The notes: generated from the letters alone by a model not told the origin. DNA of 64,000 nt from Bacteroidia bacterium (GCA_016788185.1 JAEUTF010000190.1:3733-67732); one strand, 5' to 3'. Shown: positions 17,596 through 28,158, numbered from the stretch's first letter. Numbers and translations: made by a program.

Positions 17596-19236
17596 ATGAG
17601 AAAAACTGTCCTCGCTCTTCTTTGCCTGTTCCCCCTTATTACCCTTGCCCAGAGCAATGATATCAACCGGCCCCGGCTGGTGGTGGGCATTGTGGTCGAT
17701 CAGATGCGGCCTGATTACCTGAGCCGTTACTGGGAAAAACTGGGAAGCAATGGATTTAAACGGATTTTAAAAGGTGGTTTCCATTGCCGCAATACCCACT
17801 ACAATTACGCGCCTACGTACACCGGTCCCGGCCATGCCAGTATCTACACCGGCAGCACCCCCGCCTTGCACGGCATTGCCGGCAACGACTGGTATGACCA
17901 GCAGGCGATGGACAGCGTCTACTGCACCTTCGACTCCTCCGCCCGGGGGGTGGGCGGCGAGGGATATCAGGGCATGATGTCGCCCCGGCGATTACTAACG
18001 ACCACCATTACCGATCAGTTGCAGCTTTCCACCCAGATGAAGGCGCGGGTGATCGGGATTTCGCTCAAGGACCGAGGTGCCATCCTGCCGGCCGGCCGGA
18101 GCGCCGATGCCGCCTACTGGTTTGACGGAAAAAGCGGGAACTGGATCAGCAGCACCTGGTACCGGAACGATTTACCCAAATGGCTTCAGGAATTCAATGA
18201 TAGAAAGTGGCCTGAAGAATACCTCAGTAAACCCTGGAAGACCAGCATCAACATCCATGAATACACAGAGAGTGATCCGGATGACAGCCCCTACGAAGCG
18301 CCCTTTGCCGGAGAGGCGAAGCCGGTATTTCCGCATGACCTGCCGGCACTGAAGGGTACCGGCTATGACCTCATCCGGAAAACGCCCTTTGGCAACACCA
18401 TGACCAAGGATGTTTCGCTGGCCGCCATGGCCGGTGAAAAAATGGGAGCCGACGAAACCACGGACTTCCTCTGCATCAGTTTTTCGGCTACAGATTACGT
18501 CGGACACCAGTTCGGACCGAATGCCATTGAAACGGAAGACACCTATATCCGCCTCGACCGCGACCTGGCCGATCTCCTTTCCTTTCTCGACCACCAGGTA
18601 GGTGAAGGAAAATACCTGCTGTTCATCACGGCCGACCATGCCTGCGCCGAGAATCCGAAACACCTCAAAGACCATCGTCTGGCAGCCGGATTTGCCGACA
18701 GCCGTCTGCTGCAGGATACCGTCCGTTATTTTCTGCGTGAAAAATACGGGAAGCCGGAGTTTTTCCGTTGCTTCCTGAACGACCAGGTGTATCTGAACGA
18801 AGAATTAATTTTGAAAGATCAGCGCTCGTTGTGTGAGGTGGAAGATGAACTTGGAAAGTTTATACGCAGCCATGTGGAGGGCGTTTACGATTGCCTGCGC
18901 TCCTGCGATTTTGAACGCGAATCCTACCAGGACCTTTTCAGGCAACGCCTTCAAAACGGCTATTATCCGGGACGCAGCGGAAACATCTTTGTCCTCTACT
19001 CGCCCGGATGGACCGATCCTTTGTACGGTGGGGATGGCAGCATGGGCACCACACATGGAAGTCCCTATCCCTACGACAGCCATGTGCCCTTGTATTGGTA
19101 CGGCTGGAATATTCCCGCCGGAAACTCAGCCGATGAAGTCAACATCACCGACATTGCTCCCACCCTTTCCTTTCTGCTGAACATCACCCTTCCCAACGGA
19201 TGCACCGGCAAAAAGATCGACGCGCTGGTAAAGTGA
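17596..19236 (+). CDS. pafA: Alkaline phosphatase / nucleotide pyrophosphatase superfamily enzyme, PafA-like
   Basis: Sec signal MRKTVLALLCLFPLITLAQS from the ATG at 17596. VVGIVVDQMRPDYLSRYW and YAPTYTGPGHASIYTG (metal and nucleophile region) resemble Bacteroidota PafA as I recall it. Confidence 0.8.
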   Translation: MRKTVLALLCLFPLITLAQSNDINRPRLVVGIVVDQMRPDYLSRYWEKLGSNGFKRILKGGFHCRNTHYNYAPTYTGPGHASIYTGSTPALHGIAGNDWYDQQAMDSVYCTFDSSARGVGGEGYQGMMSPRRLLTTTITDQLQLSTQMKARVIGISLKDRGAILPAGRSADAAYWFDGKSGNWISSTWYRNDLPKWLQEFNDRKWPEEYLSKPWKTSINIHEYTESDPDDSPYEAPFAGEAKPVFPHDLPALKGTGYDLIRKTPFGNTMTKDVSLAAMAGEKMGADETTDFLCISFSATDYVGHQFGPNAIETEDTYIRLDRDLADLLSFLDHQVGEGKYLLFITADHACAENPKHLKDHRLAAGFADSRLLQDTVRYFLREKYGKPEFFRCFLNDQVYLNEELILKDQRSLCEVEDELGKFIRSHVEGVYDCLRSCDFERESYQDLFRQRLQNGYYPGRSGNIFVLYSPGWTDPLYGGDGSMGTTHGSPYPYDSHVPLYWYGWNIPAGNSADEVNITDIAPTLSFLLNITLPNGCTGKKIDALVK

Positions 19237-19339
19237 TGGCACAATGGCTTCTGCGTATACGGATGAACCTGGCTTCTTTGCTAGTGGATTCTTAAGCATT
19301 TCTTCACCGGGGAAAGCGGAGACTTCGTAAATTCGCAGC

Positions 19340-19687
19340 ATGAATACGGCAGTCATCCTCTTTCTGGAAAGCCTTGGTGGCGGGGAGTTGCTGGTTATTT
19401 TACTTTTCGTGCTCCTGTTTTTCGGATCAAAAAATATCCCCAGCCTGGCCCGGGGGCTCGGCAAGGGTCTCCGGGAATTCAAGGACGCTATGAATGGCGT
19501 TCAAAGTGAAATCAAACAGGGGATGTATGAAATTGAAAGGCAGACCACGGTGATGCCTTCCGGTGATGAGAAAGCGGCCCCATCCGTAAAACAGGATACG
19601 CCTCCCCCGGCTGAGCCCGAAGCCCTGAACGAGGCCCTCGCCCCCACACCTGAAATCAGGCCCGAAGAACGTTCCGCCGCCCGTTAG
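19340..19687 (+). CDS. tatA: Twin-arginine translocase subunit TatA/E
   Basis: N-terminal TM helix plus amphipathic helix: [35 protein letters not shown]. Pro/Glu-rich tail. Confidence 0.9.
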   Translation: MNTAVILFLESLGGGELLVILLFVLLFFGSKNIPSLARGLGKGLREFKDAMNGVQSEIKQGMYEIERQTTVMPSGDEKAAPSVKQDTPPPAEPEALNEALAPTPEIRPEERSAAR

Positions 19688-19713
19688 TGCCTTTTACCAT
19701 TGGGTCGGATGCA

Positions 19714-19739
19714 GAAGCAGCCGCTTCATTTTCGTTTTT
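19714..19739 (+). terminator. Weak candidate terminator after tatA
   Basis: 5-bp stem GAAGC/GCTTC with a 4-nt loop, followed by ATTTTCGTTTTT. Confidence 0.3.
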
Positions 19740-19840
19740 AATTAACAATCATTTCCCTGATTGACAAGCGTTTAACAAAAATCTCGGGGGTTTCTAAAAC
19801 AATAATACGCCGGAAACGTTTTTTGTATAAATAGTTTCCA

Positions 19841-19848
19841 TAGTTTTG
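19841..19848 (+). promoter_or_regulatory. Putative -7 promoter box for the TetR gene
   Basis: TAGTTTTG matches TAnnTTTG and ends 16 nt before the ATG at 19865. No well-spaced -33 TTG is present. Confidence 0.35.
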
Positions 19849-19864
19849 CGGCCTTCTGTTTAAG

Positions 19865-20491
19865 ATGAATCCTTCCCTCCCCGAGCAACGCATCATCAGT
19901 GAATCCTTTGCCCTGTTTGCCAGGTTCGGAATCAAGAATGTGACCATGGACGACATTGCCCGGCACCTGGGCATGTCGAAAAAAACCATTTACCAGCATT
20001 ACGACGATAAAAACAAGCTGGTGAAAGCCATTGTCCAGGCTTCGATCGAGGACCATGTCAGACACTTTGAGGATTTTGTAAGTGTTTCCAAAAATGCCAT
20101 TGAGGAAATGCTGCACATCATGAATTACATGAGTTCCACGTTCGCGAAAATCAACCCGAACATGTTTTACGACATGCAACGCTACCATCCGGAAGCCTGG
20201 CAGCATTTCAGGTCGTTTAAGGAAAAGAAGGCCTACGAACACATTACCGCCAACCTCGAAAAGGGCAAGAGCCAGGGCTTGTACAGGAAGGATTTCAGCA
20301 TCAGAATACTGGCCCAGCTGCGGCTGGAAGAAGTGGAACTGGCCATCAATCCCGCTTGTTTTCCGGCCGACAAGTACAATTTACACGATGTGCAGGTCCA
20401 ACTGCTCGATCATTTCCTGCACGGCATCTGTACCCTCAAGGGACATAAACTGCTCAACAAATACAAGCAGCTCACAGAAGATGAAGATTAA
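19865..20491 (+). CDS. TetR/AcrR-family transcriptional regulator
   Basis: N-terminal HTH: FGIKNVTMDDIARHLGMSKKTIYQHY. It lies directly upstream of the efflux operon. Confidence 0.9.
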   Translation: MNPSLPEQRIISESFALFARFGIKNVTMDDIARHLGMSKKTIYQHYDDKNKLVKAIVQASIEDHVRHFEDFVSVSKNAIEEMLHIMNYMSSTFAKINPNMFYDMQRYHPEAWQHFRSFKEKKAYEHITANLEKGKSQGLYRKDFSIRILAQLRLEEVELAINPACFPADKYNLHDVQVQLLDHFLHGICTLKGHKLLNKYKQLTEDED

Positions 20492-20601
20492 TTCATAAAA
20501 TCTAAAATTGAAGCACGATTCATACGTCTCAGAAAACAAAAAAAACAATTCATCCGGTTTGTACACCACCTGACCTTAATAATACGAATTTTGCAACCCA
20601 A

Positions 20602-21939
20602 ATGAACCTTATGAGAACACTCCTGCCTTTATTGCTGGCTGGCTTATTTACCACCTCTATGCCGGCACAGGACAACAGTTTCAGTCTGAAGCAGGCCATT
20701 GATTACGCTCTGGCCAATCACTCCAGCGTACTGAATTCAAAACTGGACGAAGAAATCGCCCACAAAAAAGTGCACGAACTCGTAGGCATCGGTACCCCGC
20801 AGATCGCCGCCAGTGCCGAACTCAATAATTTCCTTGACATTCCGGTGAGTTTTGTGCCCGGCGAATTTTTCGGGGAAGAGGCCGGTACTTTTTTGCCGGT
20901 TCAATTTGGGCAGCAATACAGCGCCTCGGCCGGCATCAGCGTTTCACAACTGTTGTTTGACGGCTCTTACCTAGTCGGGCTGCAGGCCTCCCGCACCTAC
21001 CACGAACTCAGCCGAAAGCAAAGCAAGCAGACCCGCACCGAAACGGTGGTCAATGTCAGCAAAGCCTATTACGGCGCGCTGGTATCGGAAGCACGGATGG
21101 AAATCATCGAAGCCAATCTTCAGCGTGTGGAGAAGATACTGAACGATACGCGGGCCCTGTTTCAAAACGGATTCGTTGAAAAGATCGATGTGGACCGCAT
21201 CGAACTGACCTATAACAACCTGCTGGTGGAAAAAGAAAAAATACAGCGGTTCAAAAACATCAGTTATACGCTGCTCAAATTTCAGATGAGCTATCCGGCC
21301 CGGGACCCGATCGTCCTCAGCGACAAGATCGAAGAGATCGCGCTGAAAGATGCCGTGCTGCCTGACTCCGTGAACCTCGGCAACCGGCCGGAATACGAAG
21401 TGATGTCGGTCAACCGTCAGTTGCAGGAACTGGACATCAAGCGGTACAAATCCACCTACCTCCCCAGCCTGGTGGCCTTCGGATCGTTTAGCTATAACAA
21501 TGCCCGCAACCAGTTTGATATTTTCGAGCCGGGATTAAAATGGTTTCCCACCACGCTTGTTGGCGCCAAACTCTCCATCCCCATCTGGGACGGCCTTCAG
21601 AAAAGCGCCCGCGTTTCACAGGCCAAGCTGGGTTTGCAAAAGATCGACAATGCCATGGTGATCATGAAAAACAGCTTTCAGCTCGAGCTGGAATCCGCCA
21701 AAACAAACTTTCAGAATTATTCCTCCAGCCTGGTTATCGTCAAGAAAAACCGGGAGCTGGCTTTCGAAATTGCCCGCGTGGCCAAAGTCAAATACGATAA
21801 CGGCGTTGGATCAAGCCTCGAAGTGGTGGATGCGGAAAGTTCGCTGCGCGAATCCGATGCCAATTATTTCAACACACTTTACGATACCATCATTGCCCGC
21901 ATCGACCTTGACAAAGCCAGCGGTGCCATCAAAGATTAA
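20602..21939 (+). CDS. TolC-family outer-membrane efflux protein
   Basis: Signal peptide, two-repeat OEP architecture (LKQAIDYALANHSSVLNSKLDEEIA...), and a position ahead of the MFP and RND genes. Confidence 0.9.
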   Translation: MNLMRTLLPLLLAGLFTTSMPAQDNSFSLKQAIDYALANHSSVLNSKLDEEIAHKKVHELVGIGTPQIAASAELNNFLDIPVSFVPGEFFGEEAGTFLPVQFGQQYSASAGISVSQLLFDGSYLVGLQASRTYHELSRKQSKQTRTETVVNVSKAYYGALVSEARMEIIEANLQRVEKILNDTRALFQNGFVEKIDVDRIELTYNNLLVEKEKIQRFKNISYTLLKFQMSYPARDPIVLSDKIEEIALKDAVLPDSVNLGNRPEYEVMSVNRQLQELDIKRYKSTYLPSLVAFGSFSYNNARNQFDIFEPGLKWFPTTLVGAKLSIPIWDGLQKSARVSQAKLGLQKIDNAMVIMKNSFQLELESAKTNFQNYSSSLVIVKKNRELAFEIARVAKVKYDNGVGSSLEVVDAESSLRESDANYFNTLYDTIIARIDLDKASGAIKD

Positions 21940-21966
21940 ATCCAGAACTCCTTATACCCTCAAGCT

Positions 21967-23082
21967 ATGAAACACTTCCTGTATATTCTTCCTTTCGCAG
22001 CAGCACTGACCTTTGCCGGATGCGGTGAAAAAGACAAAACCGCACAGCTGGAAGATCTTAAAAAACAGCACAGCGAAATCAAACAAAAAATTGCCGCCCT
22101 CGAAGCGGAAATGGCCAAAAGCGGAGAAGGCAAAAAAGATGGCGGCCGCGACGTAGCGGTCACTAAAATCGAACCGGCAGTATTCCGTCACCTCATCGAA
22201 GTGCAGGCGCGCGTGGAAGGCGATGAGAATGTGACCGTGAGTCCAGAAACCATGGGCACCGTAAGCAGAGTGCTGGTGAAGGTGGGCGACAAGGTGAATG
22301 CCGGCAGCGTACTTGCTGAACTGGAGAGCAATGTTTACCTCAGAAGTCTGGAGGAATTGCAGAGTGCACGAGAATTCGCCTCCACCCTCTTTCAAAAGCA
22401 AAAATCACTCTGGGACCAGAAAATAGGTACAGAAATACAATACCTGCAGGCTAAAAACAACCTTGAATCCATCGACAAGAAAATTGCCACGGTACGCCAG
22501 CAACTGGAAATGACCAGAATTAAATCCCCGATTCATGGCACCGTGGATGCGGTAGACATCAAAGTAGGACAGGCCTTCGCTCCCGGCATGCCCGGACTGC
22601 GTGTGGTGAATTTTGCCCGCCTGAAAGTTCAGGCCGAAGTGGCGGAAGCCTACATCGCCAAAGTAAAAAAGGGCGATCCGGTGGAAGTGTATTTCCCGGA
22701 TCAGGGCAACAGCGTGAATGCGGTGATCAGCTATGCCGGTAAAGTAATTGATCCGCTGAACCGCACCTTCAGGGTGGAAATGGACATGAGCGGAAAAGAA
22801 GCGAGCCTTCACCCCAACCAGGTGGCGGTGGTGCGAATCACCGATTACAAATCAGACCAGGCCATCGCCTTGCCGCTCGCCATTGTACAGACCACCCCCG
22901 AAGGCAGTTATGTTTTCCTCGCGGATGGCAACAAGGCGAAAAAACAAGCGGTGACACCCGGCCTGAACTATGCCGGTAAACTTGAAATCAAAGACGGCCT
23001 GAAACCCGGCGATATGGTCGTAACCAGCGGATACCAGGATCTGATCGACGGACAGCCCATCAAGTTCCAGGCTGCCAATTAA
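21967..23082 (+). CDS. Efflux RND periplasmic adaptor (membrane fusion protein)
   Basis: Lipobox (LTFAGCGEKD), coiled-coil hairpin, barrel-sandwich motifs (IKSPIHGTVDAVDIKVGQ). Confidence 0.9.
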   Translation: MKHFLYILPFAAALTFAGCGEKDKTAQLEDLKKQHSEIKQKIAALEAEMAKSGEGKKDGGRDVAVTKIEPAVFRHLIEVQARVEGDENVTVSPETMGTVSRVLVKVGDKVNAGSVLAELESNVYLRSLEELQSAREFASTLFQKQKSLWDQKIGTEIQYLQAKNNLESIDKKIATVRQQLEMTRIKSPIHGTVDAVDIKVGQAFAPGMPGLRVVNFARLKVQAEVAEAYIAKVKKGDPVEVYFPDQGNSVNAVISYAGKVIDPLNRTFRVEMDMSGKEASLHPNQVAVVRITDYKSDQAIALPLAIVQTTPEGSYVFLADGNKAKKQAVTPGLNYAGKLEIKDGLKPGDMVVTSGYQDLIDGQPIKFQAAN

Positions 23083-23115
23083 CATCACAAACGCTTTTAT
23101 AAATCCATTTCCGTC

Positions 23116-26100
23116 ATGAAAGACGTCTTCAAAGAATTTAAACCCAGCAGTTGGTCGATCGACAACAAAACGACCATCTTCATCCTGACCGTGATCATTA
23201 CGCTGGCGGGCATGATGACGTATAACAATCTGCCGAAGGAAAACTTCCCCGACATTTCTCTGCCCCAGATTTTCGTCAGTGTGGTACATCCCGGCACCTC
23301 CCCGGCCGATATGGAAAACCTGGTGGCCAAACCCATCGAGAAACAGGTGAAAGGCGCCTCGGGAGTGAAAAAAGTAACCAGCAACTCGGTACAGGATTTC
23401 ACGAGTGTGATTGTGGAATTCAATACCGACGTGCCCGTGGCCGATGCCAAACAGCGTGTAAAAGACGCAGTGGACAAAGCCCGGTCGGATCTGCCGAACG
23501 ATCTGAAGCAGGAACCCTCCATTACCGACATCAACTTTTCCGAAATCCCTATCCTCTTTGTCAACATCAGCGGGGATATGGAGCTGAACAAGCTGAAGAA
23601 ATATGCCGACGACATCAAGGACAAGATCGAGAGCATGAAGGAAATCAGCCGTGTGGAAATGGTGGGCGCACTGGAACGGGAGATACAGATCAATGTGGAC
23701 ATGTATAAAATGCAATCCGCCCAGATTTCGATGGGCGATATTGAACGAGCGGTGAAGTTCGAGAACATGTCCATTTCCGGAGGTACCGTATCCAGCGACG
23801 GGGTCAGACGTACCATCGGCGTGAAAGGAGAGTTCAAAAATGTGGAGCAGATCCGTAACATCGTCGTGAGCGGCGCCTCCGGGGCGACCGCCTATCTCAA
23901 GGACATTGCCGATATCAAGGACACCTACAAAGAGCAGGAGAGTTTCGCCCGCCTCGACCACAAGAATGTCATTACGCTCAATGTGGTCAAGCGGACCGGA
24001 TACAACCTGATTGAAGCCACGGACAAGATCAAAGCCACGGTAGCCGAAATGCAGGAACGCGATCTTCCGAAAAACCTGGCAGTCACCATGACCGGCGACC
24101 AGAGTGACCAGACCCGCACCACGCTGCACGACCTCATCAACACCATCATCATCGGCTTCATCCTGGTCCTGCTGATCCTCATGTTTTTCATGGGAACCAC
24201 CAATGCCTTCTTCGTGGCGATGAGCGTCCCGCTTTCCATGTTCCTGGCCTTTATGGTGATGCCCGCCCTCGGATTTACCATGAACATGATTGTACTTTTT
24301 TCATTCCTGCTGGCTCTGGGCATTGTGGTGGACGATGCCATTGTGGTGATTGAAAATACGCACCGTCTTTTTGAAAACGGAAAGCGACCGATCAAAGAAG
24401 CGGCGAAGCTGGCCGCAGGAGAAGTGTTTCTCCCGGTACTCAGCGGAACGCTGACCACGCTCGCGCCGTTTGTGCCGCTTGCCTTCTGGACCGGCACCAT
24501 CGGTGAGTTCATGTTCTATCTGCCCATCACCCTGATCGTTACCCTGCTGGCTTCCCTCGTGGTGGCGTACATCATCAACCCCGTTTTTGCCGTGCAGTTC
24601 ATGAAGCCGCACAACGAAGAAGAAATTAAAAACCCGGTCATGACGCGAGGACTGAAAGTCAGCTCGGTCGTACTGATCGCCCTGAGTCTTCTCTTCCACC
24701 TTGGAGGAGGGCATGCCATTGGCAACCTGATGCTGCTCACCATCGGTTTTAATTTCCTGAATCATTTCTACCTTCAAAAGCTCATTCTGAAATTCCAGGA
24801 CCACACCTGGCCGAAGTTCAAAGACTGGTATGCACGAAAACTGGAAGCCGCCCTGCACTGGCCGAAGACCCTGGTATTCTCCACCATCGTCCTGTTCTTT
24901 GTAGCCCTCTTCGGCATGATTGCACGTGCTCCGGATGTGGTGTTCTTCCCGTCCAGCGACCCGAACTTCATTTATGCCTACATCAAAATGCCCATCGGCA
25001 CCGACCAGGCTACCACCGACTCCGTAGCCAGGCTGGTAGAGACGCGTGTTTACAAGGCCATTGGCGACAAGAACCCCATTGTATCGTCGGTCATTACTAA
25101 CGTTGCCGTCGGTACCAATGATGCCAATGAATTCGACCCCAGTGTTCAGCCTCATAAAGCAAAAATCACCGTCGCCTTCAAGAAATTCAGTGACCGTAAC
25201 GGTATATCCTCCAGAACCTACCTGACGTCCATTCGCGAATCGGTAAAAGGTATTCCGGGGGTAGAGATTTCCGTTGACCAGGAACAGGGCGGACCTCCCG
25301 TCGGCAAACCGATCAACATTGAAATCCGCGGCGATCAGTTTGAGGACCTCGTAAAAACCGGTGAAGACCTGACACGCTACCTGGAAGCCGAAGACATTGC
25401 CGGTGTGGAACAGCTGAAATCCGACTTTGAAACCAGCAAACCGGAAATCGTTTTCAACATCGACCGTGAGCGCGCCAACCGCGAAGGCATCAGTACGGCA
25501 CAGATCGGCATGGAGATCCGTAACGCAGTATTCGGCAATGAAGTCTCGAAATTCAGGGATGCCAATGACGAATATCCCATCCAGCTCCGCTACCAATACG
25601 ACCAGCGTACCAATGTGGATGCACTGAAAAATTCCAAAATCACCTTCCGCGACATGAACATGGGCGGCGTGGTGCGCCAGGTACCCCTTTCGTCTTTCTG
25701 CGACATACAATATTCAAGCACCTACGGTGGCATCAAGCGCATCAACCAGAAACGCGTGATCACCGTCAATTCAAACGTGCTGAGCGGTTACGATCCCAAC
25801 AGTGTGGTGATGGCCGTACAAAAGGCCGTGGAAGCCTTTCCAAAACCCGACGGCATCGAGGTGGCGCTCACCGGACAGCAGGAAGAACAGGCGGAAACCA
25901 TGAGTTTCCTGGGAACCGCCATGCTGGTTTCCCTCGGACTGATCTTCCTGATCCTGGTGACGCAATTCAATTCCCTAAGCAAACCGGTGATCATCCTCAC
26001 TGAAATCATATTCAGCATGATTGGAGTGTTCCTTGGATATGCCATCACCGGCATGACCATTTCCACCATCATGATGGGGGTGGGTATCGTGGCCCTGGCG

Positions 26101-26556
26101 GGGATCGTGGTGCGGAACGGTATCCTCCTGGTGGAATTCACCGATGTATTGAAAGAACAGGGCATGAATACCTGGGATGCGATCATTGAAGCCGGAAAAA
26201 CCAGGATGACACCCGTTTTACTCACGGCCTGCGCCACCATGCTTGGATTGATCCCGCTGGCGGTTGGTCTCAACATTGATTTTGAGGAATTGCTGACCAC
26301 CGGCAATCCGCATCTCTTCTTTGGCGGCGACAGCGTGGCCTTCTGGGGTCCTTTGAGCTGGACCATGATTTTCGGTCTGGCCTTTGCCACCTTCCTCACC
26401 CTGATTCTCGTTCCGGTGATGTACCTGCTGAGTGAGCGGCTCAAAGAAAAGTGGAATCGCCTGCTGAATAAAATAAACGGACATCCGGAACCCGGATTAC
26501 CGGGCGGCAATCACCGGATGGATCCGGAATTGCTGGCCGGCAAACAGGCCGACTGA
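23116..26556 (+). CDS. RND efflux permease (AcrB/HAE family)
   Basis: 1146 aa with twelve-TM pseudo-repeat architecture and typical AcrB-like segments (LALGIVVDDAIVVIEN, AGIVVRNGILLVEF). Confidence 0.95.
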   Translation: MKDVFKEFKPSSWSIDNKTTIFILTVIITLAGMMTYNNLPKENFPDISLPQIFVSVVHPGTSPADMENLVAKPIEKQVKGASGVKKVTSNSVQDFTSVIVEFNTDVPVADAKQRVKDAVDKARSDLPNDLKQEPSITDINFSEIPILFVNISGDMELNKLKKYADDIKDKIESMKEISRVEMVGALEREIQINVDMYKMQSAQISMGDIERAVKFENMSISGGTVSSDGVRRTIGVKGEFKNVEQIRNIVVSGASGATAYLKDIADIKDTYKEQESFARLDHKNVITLNVVKRTGYNLIEATDKIKATVAEMQERDLPKNLAVTMTGDQSDQTRTTLHDLINTIIIGFILVLLILMFFMGTTNAFFVAMSVPLSMFLAFMVMPALGFTMNMIVLFSFLLALGIVVDDAIVVIENTHRLFENGKRPIKEAAKLAAGEVFLPVLSGTLTTLAPFVPLAFWTGTIGEFMFYLPITLIVTLLASLVVAYIINPVFAVQFMKPHNEEEIKNPVMTRGLKVSSVVLIALSLLFHLGGGHAIGNLMLLTIGFNFLNHFYLQKLILKFQDHTWPKFKDWYARKLEAALHWPKTLVFSTIVLFFVALFGMIARAPDVVFFPSSDPNFIYAYIKMPIGTDQATTDSVARLVETRVYKAIGDKNPIVSSVITNVAVGTNDANEFDPSVQPHKAKITVAFKKFSDRNGISSRTYLTSIRESVKGIPGVEISVDQEQGGPPVGKPINIEIRGDQFEDLVKTGEDLTRYLEAEDIAGVEQLKSDFETSKPEIVFNIDRERANREGISTAQIGMEIRNAVFGNEVSKFRDANDEYPIQLRYQYDQRTNVDALKNSKITFRDMNMGGVVRQVPLSSFCDIQYSSTYGGIKRINQKRVITVNSNVLSGYDPNSVVMAVQKAVEAFPKPDGIEVALTGQQEEQAETMSFLGTAMLVSLGLIFLILVTQFNSLSKPVIILTEIIFSMIGVFLGYAITGMTISTIMMGVGIVALAGIVVRNGILLVEFTDVLKEQGMNTWDAIIEAGKTRMTPVLLTACATMLGLIPLAVGLNIDFEELLTTGNPHLFFGGDSVAFWGPLSWTMIFGLAFATFLTLILVPVMYLLSERLKEKWNRLLNKINGHPEPGLPGGNHRMDPELLAGKQAD

Positions 26557-26574
26557 CCGTAGAACGCTTTCATG

Positions 26575-26613
26575 GAGGCTGTCTCAACAAACAGAGGCAG
26601 CCTCTTTTTTTTT
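26575..26613 (+). terminator. Rho-independent terminator of the efflux operon
   Basis: GAGGCTGTCTC ... AGAGGCAGCCTC forms an 11-bp stem with one G-U pair, followed by nine T residues (26605-26613). Confidence 0.85.
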
Positions 26614-26816
26614 GTGCTGGGTGAGTGTCTTCGCGGTGATGCGAGTGCCGCGCGCATAAAAACACCTTTCCAGCAGAGCCATTTTTATACGGCCCGGGCT
26701 GACCGCTAAAAGGAAAAAGCCTCAGAGCCATTTGCCTCCCGATACGGCTTGTTTCAGGCCCACGGCAGCCGGGATCCTGTTCAGGCGGCATCCCTGTTTT
26801 TCGTTTCTTTGCACCC

Positions 26817-27689
26817 GTGAAAAAATCCATTCTGCTCCTTCTCTTCCCCACCCTCTTCTGCTCCGAACTGCTCACAGCGCAGGAAGGCCGCCTCTACCGT
26901 ACCGAGTTGTTCACCATCCCGACCGACAAGGTGGAAGGCGCCGCCGGCTACAGTTTCAAAATAGCGGCGGATTCAAAAGAGAACATCGCTTTCAATGCCT
27001 GCTCCCGCCCCTATGTGTATATTTTCAATTCGGCGGGCCTGCAAACCGACAGCATTAAACTGCCGAATGAGAAATGCGTACGCGCCATGGAATACGATGA
27101 ATACGATAACCTGCTCATCATGGACAACAACGAACAATTCCTGTACCGTTACAGTCCGCAGTACAAGAAACTGGAGACCCTGCCCTATGCCAAGCCGGAA
27201 GACTGGTTCATCCAGCTCAATCACTACTACAAACATTTTGAAATACCATCCATCCCCACCTATTACAGCAACAATGATTATTTGCAGGATTTTTATTTCA
27301 CCCGCTTCACCTATTCCTACAACCTCTACTTAAACTACAAAAACGGTTTCATCTACCAGGCCCATTACAATTATCTGAAAAAGATCAACAACCACAAGAC
27401 CTACGCCAACATGAAAAAAGAGGACGTATGGCTGTCGGACAACCTGACTCCGAAAAGTAAAATCCTCCTGGTGAACGATGACAACAAATCGGTGGTGTAC
27501 TACGATCGCTTTTACAACCTGATCTATGAAAATACCAGCCAGGGCAAAGTGGTGGTCAATGCAGCGCTCGAAGCCAATTCCGAGCCGGCCCGTTTTGATT
27601 ACTGTACCAACATCAAACAGGAAAAGATTTTCGGGATCAGCGGCTTCAACAAACGATCGATTACAATTTCCAGCTGGGTCAACCGTTGA
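26817..27689 (+). CDS. Hypothetical secreted Tyr/Asn-rich protein (290 aa)
   Basis: GTG start and signal peptide (M)KKSILLLLFPTLFCSELLTAQ. No competing frame. Aromatic and Asn-rich, beta-strand-like composition. No family recognised. Confidence 0.6.
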   Translation: MKKSILLLLFPTLFCSELLTAQEGRLYRTELFTIPTDKVEGAAGYSFKIAADSKENIAFNACSRPYVYIFNSAGLQTDSIKLPNEKCVRAMEYDEYDNLLIMDNNEQFLYRYSPQYKKLETLPYAKPEDWFIQLNHYYKHFEIPSIPTYYSNNDYLQDFYFTRFTYSYNLYLNYKNGFIYQAHYNYLKKINNHKTYANMKKEDVWLSDNLTPKSKILLVNDDNKSVVYYDRFYNLIYENTSQGKVVVNAALEANSEPARFDYCTNIKQEKIFGISGFNKRSITISSWVNR

Positions 27690-27807
27690 ATGCTTCATTT
27701 CCCGGCCGGAGGAAAACCGGGTCGGCCCTGATGTTTCAGCAAAGCATTCTCCCGTTGCAGGGCCCGGGGATTTTAAAAACCTTCAACGCACCTGGTGGGT
27801 ACATAGC

Positions 27808-27843
27808 AAAAAAAAATGCCCCGTAACACGGAGCATTTTTTTT
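27808..27843. terminator. Bidirectional terminator (hypothetical gene / rpmA convergent)
   Basis: A-run, then ATGCCCCGT aac ACGGAGCAT (9-position stem with one mismatch), then a T-run. Confidence 0.75.
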
Positions 27844-27860
27844 GGGATATTCTGCATTCA

Positions 27861-28133
27861 TCAGGCTTCGGCTGAAGCATCAAACGGCTTTACATAGACG
27901 TATGATTTATCATCAGCACGCTTGCGGAACATGACGGTTCCGTCAACCAATGCAAACAGGGTATGATCTTTTCCGATACCAACATTGTCACCGGGATGAT
28001 GTTTGGTGCCGCGCTGGCGGATGATGATGTTACCAGCAATTACTTTCTGACCGCCAAAGACTTTAATGCCAAGGCGTTTGCTATGTGATTCGCGTCCGTT
28101 CTTGGAACTACCGACGCCTTTCTTGTGTGCCAT
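27861..28133 (-). CDS. rpmA: 50S ribosomal protein L27
   Basis: N-terminus [24 protein letters not shown]. Confidence 0.97.
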   Translation of the reverse strand: MAHKKGVGSSKNGRESHSKRLGIKVFGGQKVIAGNIIIRQRGTKHHPGDNVGIGKDHTLFALVDGTVMFRKRADDKSYVYVKPFDASAEA

Positions 28134-28158
28134 GTTTTAAACTTATTCGCTTTTAGAA

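Noticed and set aside
24301-25710. 469-aa minus-strand ORF, together with 22852-24129 (425 aa), 23097-23861, 23925-24512 and 25788-26510.
   Set aside because: All lie antisense within the MFP and RND efflux genes, whose plus-strand products have unmistakable family features. The translations are Gly/Val/His/Arg-rich shadow-ORF sequence typical of GC-rich coding DNA.
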